Shown piece after piece: positions 26,046 through 43,083 of a stretch of 64,000 nucleotides of DNA. The notes under the pieces were generated by a model. That model made no database searches and was not told the origin of the DNA. It saw only the letters and a program-made list of their open reading frames with translations. Location of the stretch: NCBI GenBank assembly GCA_964016885.1, contig OZ024741.1:323950001-324014000 (forward strand). The letters run 5' to 3'. The stretch is from Eledone cirrhosa. Lineage: Eukaryota. Both the position numbers and the translations under genes were made by a program. Each line of letters begins with the position of its first letter. The stretch's first letter is position 1.

Positions 26046-26743
26046 TCACGACGCATTCAATATACAAGGAGAAAGAAACACACATATGAATATACACAAG
26101 TATACATACATACAAACATACAATGAAGCACGCACACACATACATACACGCACAATCACATTCATACATATTTATATGCATACATACACACAGACACCTC
26201 ACATTTCTGTAGTATCAAAGTGCAATAAATTGAAACATTTAAATTCTGCACATTATTATGACAGAATGTTCCTATCCTTACAGTATCATCGATTTATTAA
26301 TGATGGAAGACATATGATGGTTACTAACCTCGCAACCGCTATAATCCCATTTCTTCAATCCCTGCATCGATACCCCCTACCCACCACCACACATCTGCGC
26401 TGCCATAGAAATGCGAATGAAATTCTGAGATAGATACCCTTCGACTTACCGATACGACAATGTTAAGCAAATCACGTGTTATTTGCTGGTTTTTAATCAG
26501 ATTTTACAGAAGTTCACAATTTCCTATGATGAAAGGTAGTTATTGTATTGGCCAAATCGTGTGAGCGCTAGCCGAAATAGTTTTACGTTTTGATTTCACT
26601 CTACCAGAGTTAATACAAGAATATACCAGTCAAATACTGGGGATAGTTTAATCGACTATGCCATCCTCACAAAAGTCTAGCTTTGTCCTTGTTATTATTG
26701 TTATCGTTGCTATTATTATTACTATTACTATATTTCTATATAA

Positions 26744-27357
26744 GGTGATGGATTAGCAGTTTACGGTCTGAGTTCAAATCCCGCCGAGATTAGCTTTGTC
26801 TTTCATCCTTACGGGGTCGATAAATAAAGTACCAGTAACGCGCTAGGGTCGATTTAATCGACTTTACCCTCCTCCAAAATTGCTGGGGTTGTGCCTATAG
26901 TAGAAAGAGAGTGGTGGATTGGCAGTATCAGTAGAGCGTCGGACAATATGCTTTGCATCATAGAATTACGGCCCTTTAGAAATCCCGCCGAGGTTGGCTT
27001 TGTCTTTCATACTTACTGGGTCGATAAACAAACCACTTGTAACGCATTATGATCGATTTACTCGAATTTCCCCTCCCCCAAATCGCTGGCCTTGTGCCTA
27101 TAATATAAATCATTATTATTGTTATCGTGGCTATTATTTTTATTATTACTATCTTTCTAAAGGTTGTAGATTGTTAGAGTCGTTAGAGCGTCACGCAAAT
27201 GCTTAGTATATCTGTTCCAGATCATTACAGATCATTAAATTGAAATCCCACCGCGGTCAACTTTGCTTTTCATCTCTTCGAGATCGATAAAATAAAGTAC
27301 CAGTCAGGTATATAATCGACTTTTCCCTTGCCCCAAACTACTGACCTGTGGTTAGAA
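26744..27357 (+). mobile_element. Three SINE family 1 copies in series
   Basis: Three heads/cores starting near 26744, 26910 and 27160. Confidence 0.85.
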
Positions 27358-27726
27358 AGACATGGTGTAGGTGGTGGTGGCGTTATCACCTTTGGTGTTG
27401 GTGTTGGTGGTGTTACTATATGTTTTGTTTATAGATTTGTGTAACAAAGTAGCTGAACGAATTTGATTATACCACACTTATTTCATTTGAAAATAAATAA
27501 CCTTTTTGTGGAGTGAGGACATCCTCCTACCATAAAATGTTTTCGCAATAGCTAAACACCCACGCAATTATCCTAAGGAGAAAATGACAGTATGTACTCA
27601 GAAAAACGATATAAATACATAATATATGTGTGAGGAAAACCTATTCCTGAACTCACGTGCCAAGTTTCAACATGATTGGTCCACTAGGTTTTAAGTGCAT
27701 AGGTGACAAACAGACAAACAAAAGAT

Positions 27727-27806
<80 letters not shown>

Positions 27807-27816
27807 AACCAGTAAG

Positions 27817-27910
27817 ACCCCGACAGCTGAGCTCAAGCCGTTTCGACGGCTAATTCTGGACTAAATGAAAATTTATCCTGGTATTTAAATAGCCGATCTT
27901 CTCAAGGGGT
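27817..27910 (-). ncRNA. Type I hammerhead, U3-A8 core variant
   Basis: Reverse complement of 29603-29696. Confidence 0.75.
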
Positions 27911-29602
27911 AATTCCATATATGGTCAAAGTGATTGTCAAAAATCAGTAGTAATTCTGTGGTTGCAAATTAGTAGGGGAGATGGTGGCTAAACCTGCCAG
28001 TAGGAGAAAGAGGGGAGGGGATGGAGTAGACCCAATCAAGCGTTGGTAGTGCCAGCTACAGCTGGGCATGAGGTCAAAGAAGATACAGGGGAGGGGAGGG
28101 GAGGGGGAGGAAGTCGGAACGGTAGGTAGAACAATGGGGGGTAGAAATATAGGAAGGAAAAAATACTGAGAGTGAAGAAAAGCAAATAAGTGTAAAGAAA
28201 AAAGTAAAGTAAATAAAATTCTACGACCTAGGTGTCAGGCTATTGTTAGGCTAGAATAAAATAAAGAAAGGAAGAAAGAAGTAAGGAAAGAAATAAATAA
28301 AGAAATAACGAAATAAGTAAAAGTGGGACGGATAAGGCAAAGACCCTTTTAAGAGGTATAAGTACGTAAATGATACGGTGACGGGTCAACAAAAGGGGCC
28401 AAAATACTAAAGAGACTACCACGAAATAAACAATAAAGGTTTCCATCCCGGGCCAGCAACGACCCAGTGCAGCAAAGTGAACTTGTACGAGATAATAATT
28501 CTGAGTCCCGAGAAAAATATATACTAATGCTAACTCTAAAAGATCTAAAACAAGCTACATGAAAGTTCGTACGAAATAGAGGTAGAATACGGAGAAATAA
28601 ATTCAGAATCCACCCCGCCCAGAAGAAAAGCGAAGCAAGAAATACTGAAACGAAAAAATAAGGCATAAGTGCCACTAAGAAATATAGAGGGCACAGAGAA
28701 TAGTGGGAGCGGTCGGAAAGAGGGGGCAAGTATCCGGGGTCTAAGCCAACTGCTATAAAGGGCGGAGTCCGCCAAATCTATCATAGACTAAGGGAGGGGG
28801 TGGTGGGGGTACTAAGGCTACATGGGGCCAAAGGGCAGCCTCGGGTGGGCGAGAAAAGACGCCGACAAAGGAGAAGAGCTGGGGTAGAAGGACAAAAGAG
28901 AGAGGGGGGGAGGAAATAAAGGAAGCGATAAAAGAATACAAAGAAGATCTTACGTCTTCCTTGGCAAGCAGGGGTTACCCATTGCAAAATCGGCAAGTGG
29001 GGTGTTATAGCCCTAGTCTACCTCCCCGGGTCATTATGGGGTTTGAGGGCGAGGTAAGTCCTACGCAATCTATGTTTACATGCAGTAACCAGTTCATCTT
29101 TCTTGTTTAGGAGTTGGTCCGTCGAAAACAGCATTTGTAAAGTTTCCTCCGAGCATAAATTGCACGGACGGCGTCCTCCCGTGTAAGAATTGGCTTTGGA
29201 CAGTAATCTCCAAGTGAGATCATAGGTGATGTTGTTGTCCTTGAGGTCCCATATGTGGCCCGAAAGTGTAGTGGCGTGACGCCGGGCCGGGTTTCGGAAG
29301 GTATGTCTATTTACTTTTTTCTTTACACTTATTTGCTTTTCTTCACTCTCAGTATTTTTTCCTTCCTATATTTCTACCCCCCATTGTTCTACCTACCGTT
29401 CCGACTTCCTCCCCCTCCCCTCCCCTGTATCTTCTTTGACCTCATGCCCAGCTGTAGCTGGCACTACCAACGCTTGATTGGGTCTACTCCATCCCCTCCC
29501 CTCTTTCTCCTACTGGCAGGTTTAGCCACCATCTCCCCTACTAATTTGCAACCACAGAATTACTACTGATTTTTGACAATCACTTTGACCATATATGGAA
29601 TT

Positions 29603-29696
29603 ACCCCTTGAGAAGATCGGCTATTTAAATACCAGGATAAATTTTCATTTAGTCCAGAATTAGCCGTCGAAACGGCTTGAGCTCAGCTGTCGGGGT
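29603..29696 (+). ncRNA. Type I hammerhead, U3-A8 core variant, long helix II
   Basis: ACCCC-TTGAGAA-GAtCGGCTA..TAGCCGTC-GAAA-CGGCT-TGAGCTC-AGCTG-TC-GGGGT. Confidence 0.78.
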
Positions 29697-29787
29697 CTTA
29701 CTGGTTCCTATTACCCACTCTACTACCTCAAGTATTGAGTACTTTGGTGCGTTATGGTCCACCTGGTTCCTTACCACATTTCCTTCG

Positions 29788-29821
<34 letters not shown>

Positions 29822-30628
29822 CCACACAATACAATTAGTTAGCACGTTTAATTAGGAATATACTCACTTATTTCTTAATGTTTGTTGAGTGAGTTGGGAT
29901 TTGGCCGGACTATCGCTATTAGCTTTCTCCGATAATGTATTTATATATTTACTCTTGGTGCAACAGATATGAACTTCCCGATATAAGGTTTGACTCTCTT
30001 TGTTTATTTTTTTATATATGAATATTGATTGTTTCTTGTATCTCATTCTGTTATTTTGCCCGAGAAAATATCTATGTGTGTCATCAAACAGACATGGATA
30101 TTTTTTCAAATTCCAATTGAGTTCTAGCACGTGGCCTGAATTCCTTTTTGAATTCATTGTCCTGCGCATGTATTGTTTTTTTGACGGTAATCTTCTTCCT
30201 CATTTTTAAATCAGTTTGAGAATTTCTTTAGAACTGCTAGAATAGCAACCTGGCAGCTACCTCAATCACTGATGGTGATTATCGCTAAATACTGATGTTG
30301 ATTTGATTATCAATATTAGTATTATTGGGCACCCACTAAAGAATTATAAGAGCCCACTTGAATAAGTATCTGTTGATTTTATACAAGCTTCTACATAAAT
30401 TGGTATAATTTCACCCAAATTGTAGGAATCTTATAATGAAACGAGACGTCCGTCTGGGAAGAGATATATTCGATATATCTTATATGAAATAATACAGCCA
30501 ATTTTCCACACAATACAATTAGTTAGCACACCGAACGTTTAATTAGGAATATACTCACTTATTTCCTAATGTTTATTGAGTGAGTTGGGATTTGGCCGGA
30601 GTATCGCTATTAGCTTTCTCCGATAATG

Positions 30629-30671
<43 letters not shown>

Positions 30672-30675
<4 letters not shown>

Positions 30676-33490
30676 ATAATAATAAATTTGAAGACTAAAA
30701 TCCAAAGAGGACTCGATAAGGATAAATATATATCAAATATATAAGAACCGTAGAGCAAATATTTATTAAAATAACAGATTAAAGTTTAAGCAAAGAATCG
30801 CTGCTTTCACCCTTAACGGGATCTTCTGAAACTAACAAAATCAATCTGTAAACGCAGAAGTGGATACTTCAAAAAAAGTTGCAACCGGGGGAAGACAGGA
30901 AGACGATACTTTGGTTCGTGGAAACGTTCCCTGGCAAAGAACGGGAAAAAACGAATATAATACGTCATTAATAGGAGCGGTGAAAATCAATTACGTGCAA
31001 AGACAGAACCACGTTTATGGTATAAAAGAAGTCGTAGACTAATGTTCTCTTAGGTGGTTCATAGAGACGTTCTCTGGCAATGAACGGAAAAAACGAAGAT
31101 AATACGTCATATGTGGAGCGTGGAGAACAATTGTAAGCAAAGACAAAACCACGTAAATGGTATAGCTGAAGTCGTAGACTAAATTCTAACTAGGAAACCG
31201 AATTAATCTCCGCTACAGAGTTAAGAAAAGTAAATAAATACAATACAGAGGTAATAGAAATTAAATAAATGCATACACGCATGCAAATGCGTACATACAC
31301 AAGCATACGCAAAACACTTGCCATAGGTATACAAAACCACGCACATATAAATATGTGTGTATCTGTGTGCGTGTATAGAAATAAATAAATAATTAAATAA
31401 ACGTATATAAATAAATAAATACGTATATAACAAGCGCACACACATATCTACATGTAAATACACAAATGTCCAGAGACGTCTCTCAATACAGGTTGAGGCC
31501 AATCTCTCGGTCGTTAATTAGCTCGACGTTACCCTCAATTTATCGAATGGGTTGTATTACCCGTATAGAAAGCCGAATGATACGCTTAATTACATAAGTA
31601 AGTATTTCAACCATCCTGCCAGCATAACCAAGAACCTGGTAAGAAACGTTTCGTTGAGGCTTTCCCGTCTATCTACTAACGAGCATATTTTCAACGACCA
31701 CTCCACTTATTACAATGAAGCTCTTGCTCGGAGTGGATTTGTCGATAAGGTAGCATATACAGAGTACGAAAATAGACCTAGAAGAAATAGATCCCGTCGC
31801 ATTTGTTGGTATAACCCACTATATAATATGGAGGTGGCCACACCATTAGCTAAGATCTTTCTTTCCCTTATTACGAAGCATTTTCCCACTACACATAAAT
31901 ATAGTAAAATTTTCAATAGAAATACTATTAAAATTAATTTCTTACTCTACGACTCCTAACCTTGCACATAACATCACATCTTCAAATTTAGCTAAACTAC
32001 CTAGCCGTAGGAACACGTGCAACCCTGTAGTTAGTACTAACTGTAATTGTAGGAATCGGGTTGATTGCCCCCTATCCGGGAAATGCCTCTCTAGTAACAT
32101 TGTCTACAAATGTAAGGTTGAAACACCCACGTCCCGTGGGGCCTATATAGGGTTAACCGACAATAGATTCAAGCAGTGTCTTTACATGCATACCCATTCT
32201 TTTCGTTACCCTCTAAGAAGGAATATGACGTCACTTTCAGCTTATATCTGGAGTCTAAAAGACAACCACACCCAATATAAGTTACACTGGGAGATCCTAG
32301 CTAGGGCTAGATCGTATAACGGAAATAAAAGACCATGTGACCTCTGCGCCGCTGAGGCCCTGGAAATACTCTACGCCACAGACAACATCTTAAACAAAAA
32401 ATCTGAGGCAATTTCGGCTTGTAAACAAATTGCACAAAACTTTCCTGTATTACAGCCCCACATTATACCCTCACGGATAGTACGATCTATACGCGGATAG
32501 TTTACGTCTTGCTGTGGTCGCTAAGTATATGTTTTGTTTATACCATTACTTATTTGCATAGGTAAGTATATATTACCTGTATGTTTTGTGAAGGTACGTA
32601 TACTTTCTCATACGTATATTTGATTGATGATGTTATGGCGTATAAATTTTCTGTATATTCTGGTACATATGGTTTGGTTATGTGTATACGCGAGTTTTGC
32701 GTCTGCGTGAGTATGCAGGTTCGTACGTATGTAGGGTGTGTATATATGTGTACTTCATGTTTTGGTTGACTTACGTCTCCGAACATTTGTGTATTTACAT
32801 GTAGGTATGTGTGTGCGCTTGTTATATACGTATTTATTTATATACGTTTATTTAATTATTTATTTATTTGTATACACGAACACACACACACACATATATT
32901 TATATGTGCGTGGTTTTGTATACCTATGGCAAGTGTTTTGCGTATGCTTGTGTATGTACGTATTTGCATGCGTGTATGCATTTATTTAATTTCTATTACC
33001 TCTGTATTGTATTTATTTAATTTTCTTAACTCTGTAGCGGAGATTCATTCGGTTTCCTAGTTAGAATTTAGTCTACGACTTCAGCTATACCATTTACGTA
33101 GTTTTGTCTTTGCTTGCAATTGTTCTCCACGCTCCACATATGACGTATTATCTTCGTTTTTTCCGTTCATTGCCAGAGAACGTCTCTATGAACCACCTAA
33201 GAGAATATTAGTCTACGACTTATTTTATGCCATAAACGTGGTTCTGTCTTTGCGCGTAATTGTTTTTCACCGCTCCTATTAGTGACGTATTATATTCGTT
33301 TTTTCCCGTTCTTTGCCAGGGAAAGTTTCCACGAACCAAAGTATCGTCTTCCTGTCTTCCTCCGGTTGCAACGTTTTTTGAAATATCCACTTCTGCGTTT
33401 ACAGATTGACTTTGTTAGTTTCAGAAGATCACGTTAAGGGTGAAAGCAGCGATTCTTTGCTTAAACTTTAATCTGTTATTTTAATAAATA
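30672..33490 (+). mobile_element. 5'-truncated PLE with inverted tail copy
   Basis: RT thumb (YRKPNDTLNYI, RICWYNP), CNCRNRVDC linker, GIY-YIG and CDLC in 31490-32500; arms about 30759-31480 / 32772-33490. Confidence 0.9.
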
Positions 33491-33560
33491 TATATATATA
33501 TATATTTCGTTTCTGAATTTGTTTAGCAAGATTCTTTATCTGAAAACCTGTGTTGAAACC

Positions 33561-36265
<2,705 letters not shown>

Positions 36266-36689
36266 TATATATATATATATAAAAATATATATATATATAT
36301 ATTGTTATACTTTGAGAGGGTCATGTTGCCAATATGTATATTTGTATATATTACATATAAATAATATATATTCACACAACACAAACACATATATATATAT
36401 ATGTGGGTGTGTGTGCGTGTGTGTGTGTGTATTTATTATACATATGTGTGTGTATGTATATACAGATATGAACACTCAATTTTGGCATCACTGAAATACA
36501 CCATACACAAATTTATGTATCTCACAGCACGCACAATTTTGATATCACACAATTGGGCACAAGCAATTTTGATATCACCTAATTTTAACACACACACTTA
36601 TTTTATATCACACGAATACAACCTGCACTATTTTGATATCACGCAAATTCAGCACATGCAACTTTGATATCAGCCAATTATAGCATGTA

Positions 36690-38805
36690 CTATTTTGATA
36701 TCACACAAATGCATCACACAGAATGTTATTATTACACAATTTTGATATCACACAAATACATCACACAGAATGTTGTTATTACACAATTTTGATATCACAA
36801 AAAAATACATCACACAGAATGTTGTTATTACACAATTTTGATATCAAACAAATACATCACACAGAATGTTGTTATTACACAATTTTGATATCACACAAAT
36901 ACATCACACAGAATTGTTGTTATTACACAATTTTGATATCACAAAAAAATACATCACACAGAATGTTGTTATTACACAATTTTGATATCACACAAATACA
37001 TCACAGAGAATGTTGTTATTACACAATTTTGATATCAAACAACTACATCGCACAGAATGTTGTTATTACACAATTTTGATATCAAACAACTACATCGCAC
37101 AGAATGTTGTTATTACACAATTTGATATCACACAACTACATCACACAGAATGTTGTTATTACACAATTTTGATATCACACAACTACATCACACAGAATGT
37201 TGTTATTACACAATTTTGATATCACACAACTACATCACACAGAATGTTGTTATTACACAATTTTGATATCACACAACTACATCACACAGAATGTTGTTAT
37301 TACACAATTTTGATATCACACAACTTTATCACACAGAATGTTGTTATTACACAATTTTGATATCAAACAAATACATCACACAGAATGTTGTTATTACACA
37401 ATTTTGATATCACACAAATACATCACACAGAATGTTGTTATTACACAATTTTGATATCACACAACTACATCACACAAAATGTTGTTATTACACAATTTTG
37501 ATATCACACAACTACATCACACAGAATGTTGTTATTACACAATTTTGATATCACAAAAAAATACATCACACAGAATGTTGTTATTACACAATTTTGATAT
37601 CAAACAAATACATCACACAGAATGTTGTTATTACACAATTTTGATATCAAACAAATACATCACACAGAATGTTGTTATTACACAATTTTGATATCACACA
37701 ACTACATCACACAGAATGTTGTTATTATACAATTTTGATATCACACAACTACATCACACAGAATGTTGTTATTACACAATTTTGATATCAAACAAATACA
37801 TCACACAGAATGTTGTTATTACACGATTTTGATATCACAAAAAAATACATCACACAGAATGTTGTTATTAAACAATTTTGATATCACACAAATACATCAC
37901 ACTGAATGTTGTTATTACACAATTTTGATATCACACAACTACATCACAAAGAATGTTATTACACAATTTTGATATCAAACAAATACATCGCACAGAATGT
38001 TGTTTTTACACAATTTGATATCACACAACTACATCACACAGAATGTTGTTATTACACAATTTTGATATCAAACAAATACATCACACAAAATGTTGTTATT
38101 ACACAATTTTGATATCATACAAATACATCACACAGAATGTTGTTATTACACAATTTTGATATCACACAACTACATCACACAAAATGTTGTTATTACACAA
38201 TTTTGATATCACACAAATACATCACACAGAATGTTGTTATATCACAATTTTGATATCACACAACTACATCACACAGAATGTTGTTATTACACAATTTTGA
38301 TATCACACAAATACATCACACAGAATGTTGTTATTACACAATTTTGATATCACACAACTACATCACACAGAATGTTGTTATTACACAATTTTGATATCAA
38401 ACAAATACATCACACAGAATGTTGTTATTACACAATTTTGATATCACAAAAAAATACATCACACAGAATGTTGTTATTACACAATTTTGATATCACAAAA
38501 AATACATCACACAGAATGTTGTTATTACACAATTTTGATATCACAAAAAAATACATCACACAGAATGTTGTTATTACACAATTTTGATATCACAAAAAAA
38601 TACATCACACATAATGTTGTTATTACACAATTTTGATATCACAAAAAATACATCACACAGAATGTTGTTATTACACAATTTTGATATCACAGAAATACAT
38701 CACACAGAATGTTGTTATTACACAATTTTGATATCAAACAAATACATCACACAGAATGTTGTTATTACACAATTTTGATATCACACAACTACATCACACA
38801 GAATT
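36690..38805. repeat. 47-bp tandem satellite, roughly 45 units
   Basis: Unit ACACAATTTTGATATCACACAAATACATCACACAGAATGTTGTTATT. Confidence 0.97.
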
Positions 38806-38914
38806 TTAATACAACATAAATAGAGCTATGATAGATTTATGATAAAGAAAAATTACGAGGAAAAGAAATGTGCCACAGACACAATTATAACTTTTATAAA
38901 AACTGAGGCAAACT

Positions 38915-39353
38915 CTAATACCAATAACAACAAAAACACAACGAGGATGACGACGACGACAAACACAACCACCACTACCTTCAACAATAACACCACCATC
39001 ACCACCACCACCACCAACACCACTACCTTCAACAATAACACCACCACCACCACCAACAACAACAACATTATCATCGTCATCACCACCACCATCACCACCA
39101 TCACCACCACCACCACCAACACCACTACCAACAACAACAACAACACCATTACCACCATCACCACCAACAACAACAACAACACCAACACCACCATCACCAC
39201 CATCACCACCACCACCACCACCACCACCAACACCACTACCAACAACAACAACAACACCATCACCACCACCACCAACAACAACAACAACACCAACACCACC
39301 ATCACCACCACCACCACCACCAACACCACACTACCAACAACAACAACACCATC

Positions 39354-39384
<31 letters not shown>

Positions 39385-40118
39385 CCATCATCATCACCAC
39401 CATCACCACCATCACCACCACCAACAACAACAACAACACCATCACCACCACCACTATCACCCCCCCACCAACAACAACACCATCATCATCATCACCACAA
39501 ACAACAACAGCAACAACAACAGCACCATCACCATCACCACCACCACCACGACTAACAACAACAACAACAGCAACACCATCATCATCACCACCATCACCAC
39601 CACCACCAACAACAACACCATCATCATCACCACAAACAACAACACCATCACCACCAACATGACCACCACCACCACCACCACCACCATCACCATCACCATC
39701 ACCCTCACCACCACCACCACCACCACCATCAACAATAACAACAACACCATCATCATCCATCACCACAAATAACAACAACAACTCCATCACCACTACCATC
39801 ACAATCACCACCATCTCCACCATCAACAACAACAACAACAACACCATCACCATCATCACCACTATCACCACTACCACAATCACCACCACCACCACAACAC
39901 CAACAACAACAACAATACCATCACCACCATCACCACCACCACCATCACCATCAGTACCACCACCACAGCCACCACCACCACCACCACCACCACCACCAAC
40001 AACAACACCATCATCATCCATCACCACAAATAACAACACCATCACCATCACCACCATCATCATCCTCACCACCACCACCATCACACCCACCACCACCACC
40101 ACCACCACCACCACCACC

Positions 40119-40150
<32 letters not shown>

Positions 40151-40442
40151 CAACAACAACAGCAACACCAATACCAAAACCTCCACCCCCAAGACCACCG
40201 ACACAACCAAAACCACCACCACGATCATCATCCCAAACAACAACTACATCGAAACGACCACGGCCACTAACACCACCATCTCCAACAACAACAACAGAAA
40301 CAATACCACCACAACTACACTATTAACACCACTACCTCCACCCCCACCTCACCTCCACGACCATCAGCACCTCCAGCACCACCAGCACCATCACCACCAC
40401 CACCACTACCACCACCACCATCATTACTGCCATCACCTCCAC
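38915..40442. repeat. Compound (CAC/CAA/CAT)n trinucleotide tract
   Basis: Seen directly. Confidence 0.97.
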
Positions 40443-40768
40443 CGGAGTCAGAACAACCAGACTATTCTGTCTGAACTATTTCGGTGTCCGTATATTGCTG
40501 AATTGTGATATGTCGTACAACTAATTTAGCATGCTGGACGGATCTGTTTATCAGCTGAGTTCCTTGTGAGGATCACCTCACATCGTTGTTTTCTATTTGC
40601 TGTAATCGACAGATAGTTTTCTTCACTCTAGTGGCTATGGCGAAACATGTATATAGGACATGTATATACGAGAGTTACTTTCTTCTCCGCCAACATTTTC
40701 ATCAACTATTTCAAGTAACACAGAGTCGCTCATTTCTTTGAGGGCATTTGCATTAATTTACGGATACG

Positions 40769-41089
40769 TCATGAAAGAAAAGATTTATTTGAAAAACAAT
40801 TGGCATTAAAAATCTTGAAACTCTTCTTGACGTATCTACTTAATGAATCCACCGATACCAATGGCGCTAATTGACCTTCTGAAGTTCTTATTGATAATTT
40901 TGTGCACCTTTCGTGCAAATTTGGGTGTTCTGGTGGTATTGTGACCCTTAGCTGGGGTTCTACGTTTTTATACAGCTGTAGAGTCTCCGTATAGCTCTCT
41001 GCGAAATTTGATAACAAACGAACTTTAAGGCAACGGTTACAGCGTGCCTTTTCATTGACTAATTTAGTTTGATGTTTGTCGTCATTTAT
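40769..41089 (-). CDS. Candidate host terminal coding exon, product unknown
   Basis: TTTTTCTTTTTAG acceptor, then 106 open non-repetitive codons (INDDKHQTKL..NKSFLS*); no recognised domain. Confidence 0.35.
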   Translation of the reverse strand: MNDDKHQTKLVNEKARCNRCLKVRLLSNFAESYTETLQLYKNVEPQLRVTIPPEHPNLHERCTKLSIRTSEGQLAPLVSVDSLSRYVKKSFKIFNANCFSNKSFLS

Positions 41090-41477
41090 CTAAAAAGAAA
41101 AAAACTTAGAAGAACTTAGAAACAAATTTAGAGGTATTAAAGCTATTAACGAACTGAACAACCCTGTATTTCGCAAGAAAAAAGGCTGCGTTACTACCCT
41201 GTATTAAATTTGCTGAAAGGTGATTGTAAATCTATCGAGTGAATAGGCCTAATTTCAACATGCAAATGTATGGAATAAGTACCTGTTAAACACTGGGATT
41301 AATAAAATCTTTGAGCAAATTACTGAAAATTCGGATTGCTCAACCAGACACCAGCGTAGGTGAAATATTATTATTAAAAAAAAATAATAATCTTCTGGTA
41401 TTCCATATTAATTCTGATATGTCTAAAGCCGGTTATATGTTGAAAGAGTACCTACTTCTTTCTTCTACGTTCATGTT

Positions 41478-41726
41478 TTAGTGGCTAGAGTATTTGACGC
41501 AGTGTGTCTTTGAGCAATACATTATATTTTATGTTCCTTCAGTTAACACAGCTGGCAAAATTGAATTGTACTTGTAATTCAAAGGGCCAGCCTTGTCACA
41601 TTGTGTCACGTTAAATCTATGTTAAGGGTGGAAAGTTCAGCCAGTTGCCTATTAATATCAATAGAAGGCGGTTTGTTGATCGAATCAACAGGAACACTCG
41701 TAGTCGGAACTGAAGGAGTGCCAACA
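41478..41726 (+). mobile_element. SINE family 2, diverged
   Basis: TTAGTGGCTAGAG head, GTGTCTTTGAGCAA, TACTTGTAATTCAAAGGGCCAGCCTTGTCACA. Confidence 0.7.
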
Positions 41727-42029
41727 AGTTGATAGTAATAACCATCACTAATAATTGTTTTTGTTATGGTTTCGTTTTGACTATCACAACTGGTTATTTT
41801 TTTGTTCTTGTCTTTTAAGTTTCCATATTTTATGACAGAGATCAGCATAAAGAAGATGGATAACCGACCACAACGAAGCGCGATTCCTATTTACACACCA
41901 TTGGTAACAGTAGCCAGTTTTTTTTCTGATTTATGCTTCTACTGTGACACTATCGATAGCCTTAGACGAGGGAATTATTAGTAAGGTATGCAAGAGAACC
42001 ACAGAATTTTAAAAGCTTACAAAATGGTT

Positions 42030-42140
42030 GAAAGGTAACGTTGACCACGGCGAAATTTAAACTCAGAACGTAAAGAGCTGGAACAGATACATTCGGCCAT
42101 TTCTTTCCGACGCTCTCACAATCCTCGCACTCCATCACCC
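42030..42140 (-). mobile_element. SINE family 1 head fragment
   Basis: AACTCAGAACGTAAAGAGC..CCGACGCTCT. Confidence 0.65.
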
Positions 42141-42470
42141 TCATAACCGAAATAATGATACGAACAAATAATAACAATAATAATATTAGCTGCAAAAACA
42201 AAAATAATATAAAGAAAAAAATAAAAACACTACCAACAACAAAGCCAGACCCATATTCCTCCACTTCTCCTCCTCCACATAATCATCATCATCATCAGCA
42301 GCAGCATCACCCACTCTTCCACCACCACCACCACCACTACCACCTACATCCTCTTCAACATCGCCATTACCATCATCATCGTCATCATACTATATCCTCA
42401 CGTGTTTATAAATATGTGTGCAATATCTAAGTATATAATTATGTATGCATATAGGTGTTTGTGCGATAGA

Positions 42471-42629
<159 letters not shown>

Positions 42630-42878
42630 TCTTCTAAGGTCTCCTCACTGACATCTTTCAACATCCGTTCCGTTTAATCATGGTTTCTTTACAGGGTGCC
42701 ACTTCCGATAACATAATAGCGCGATCTTGTGCTATGATCTCACCTCCTCCCACCTCACAGATATCGATCTTCACTTCTGTTTAACACAGTTGTCTCCCTT
42801 TATTGTAGTAATTTCCTGAGGTTTTATAACAAATTTTGTCTGTGACCTCCTGTCTTAGAACACCTAATACGCTATCAG

Positions 42879-42932
<54 letters not shown>

Positions 42933-43005
42933 GGTATACATATGTATATATAAATATATCAGTATACATATACGTATATATATATATATATATATCAGTA
43001 TACAT

Positions 43006-43081
<76 letters not shown>

Positions 43082-43083
<2 letters not shown>

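Larger units (their letters stand above)
27803..29790 (-). mobile_element. Heavily 5'-truncated PLE with inverted tail copy
   Basis: Minus-strand translation about 29030-29300: FRNPARRHATTLSGHIWDLKDNNITYDLTWRLLSKANSYTGGRRPCNLCSEE; arms 27803-28215 / 29309-29711; (TA)n on both sides. Confidence 0.88.

Noticed and set aside
36690-38805. CRISPR-like regular array
   Set aside because: No unique spacers, no cas genes, eukaryotic context; it is a tandem satellite
38839-40243. Long Thr/Asn/His/Val-rich ORFs
   Set aside because: Stop-free frames of a trinucleotide tract
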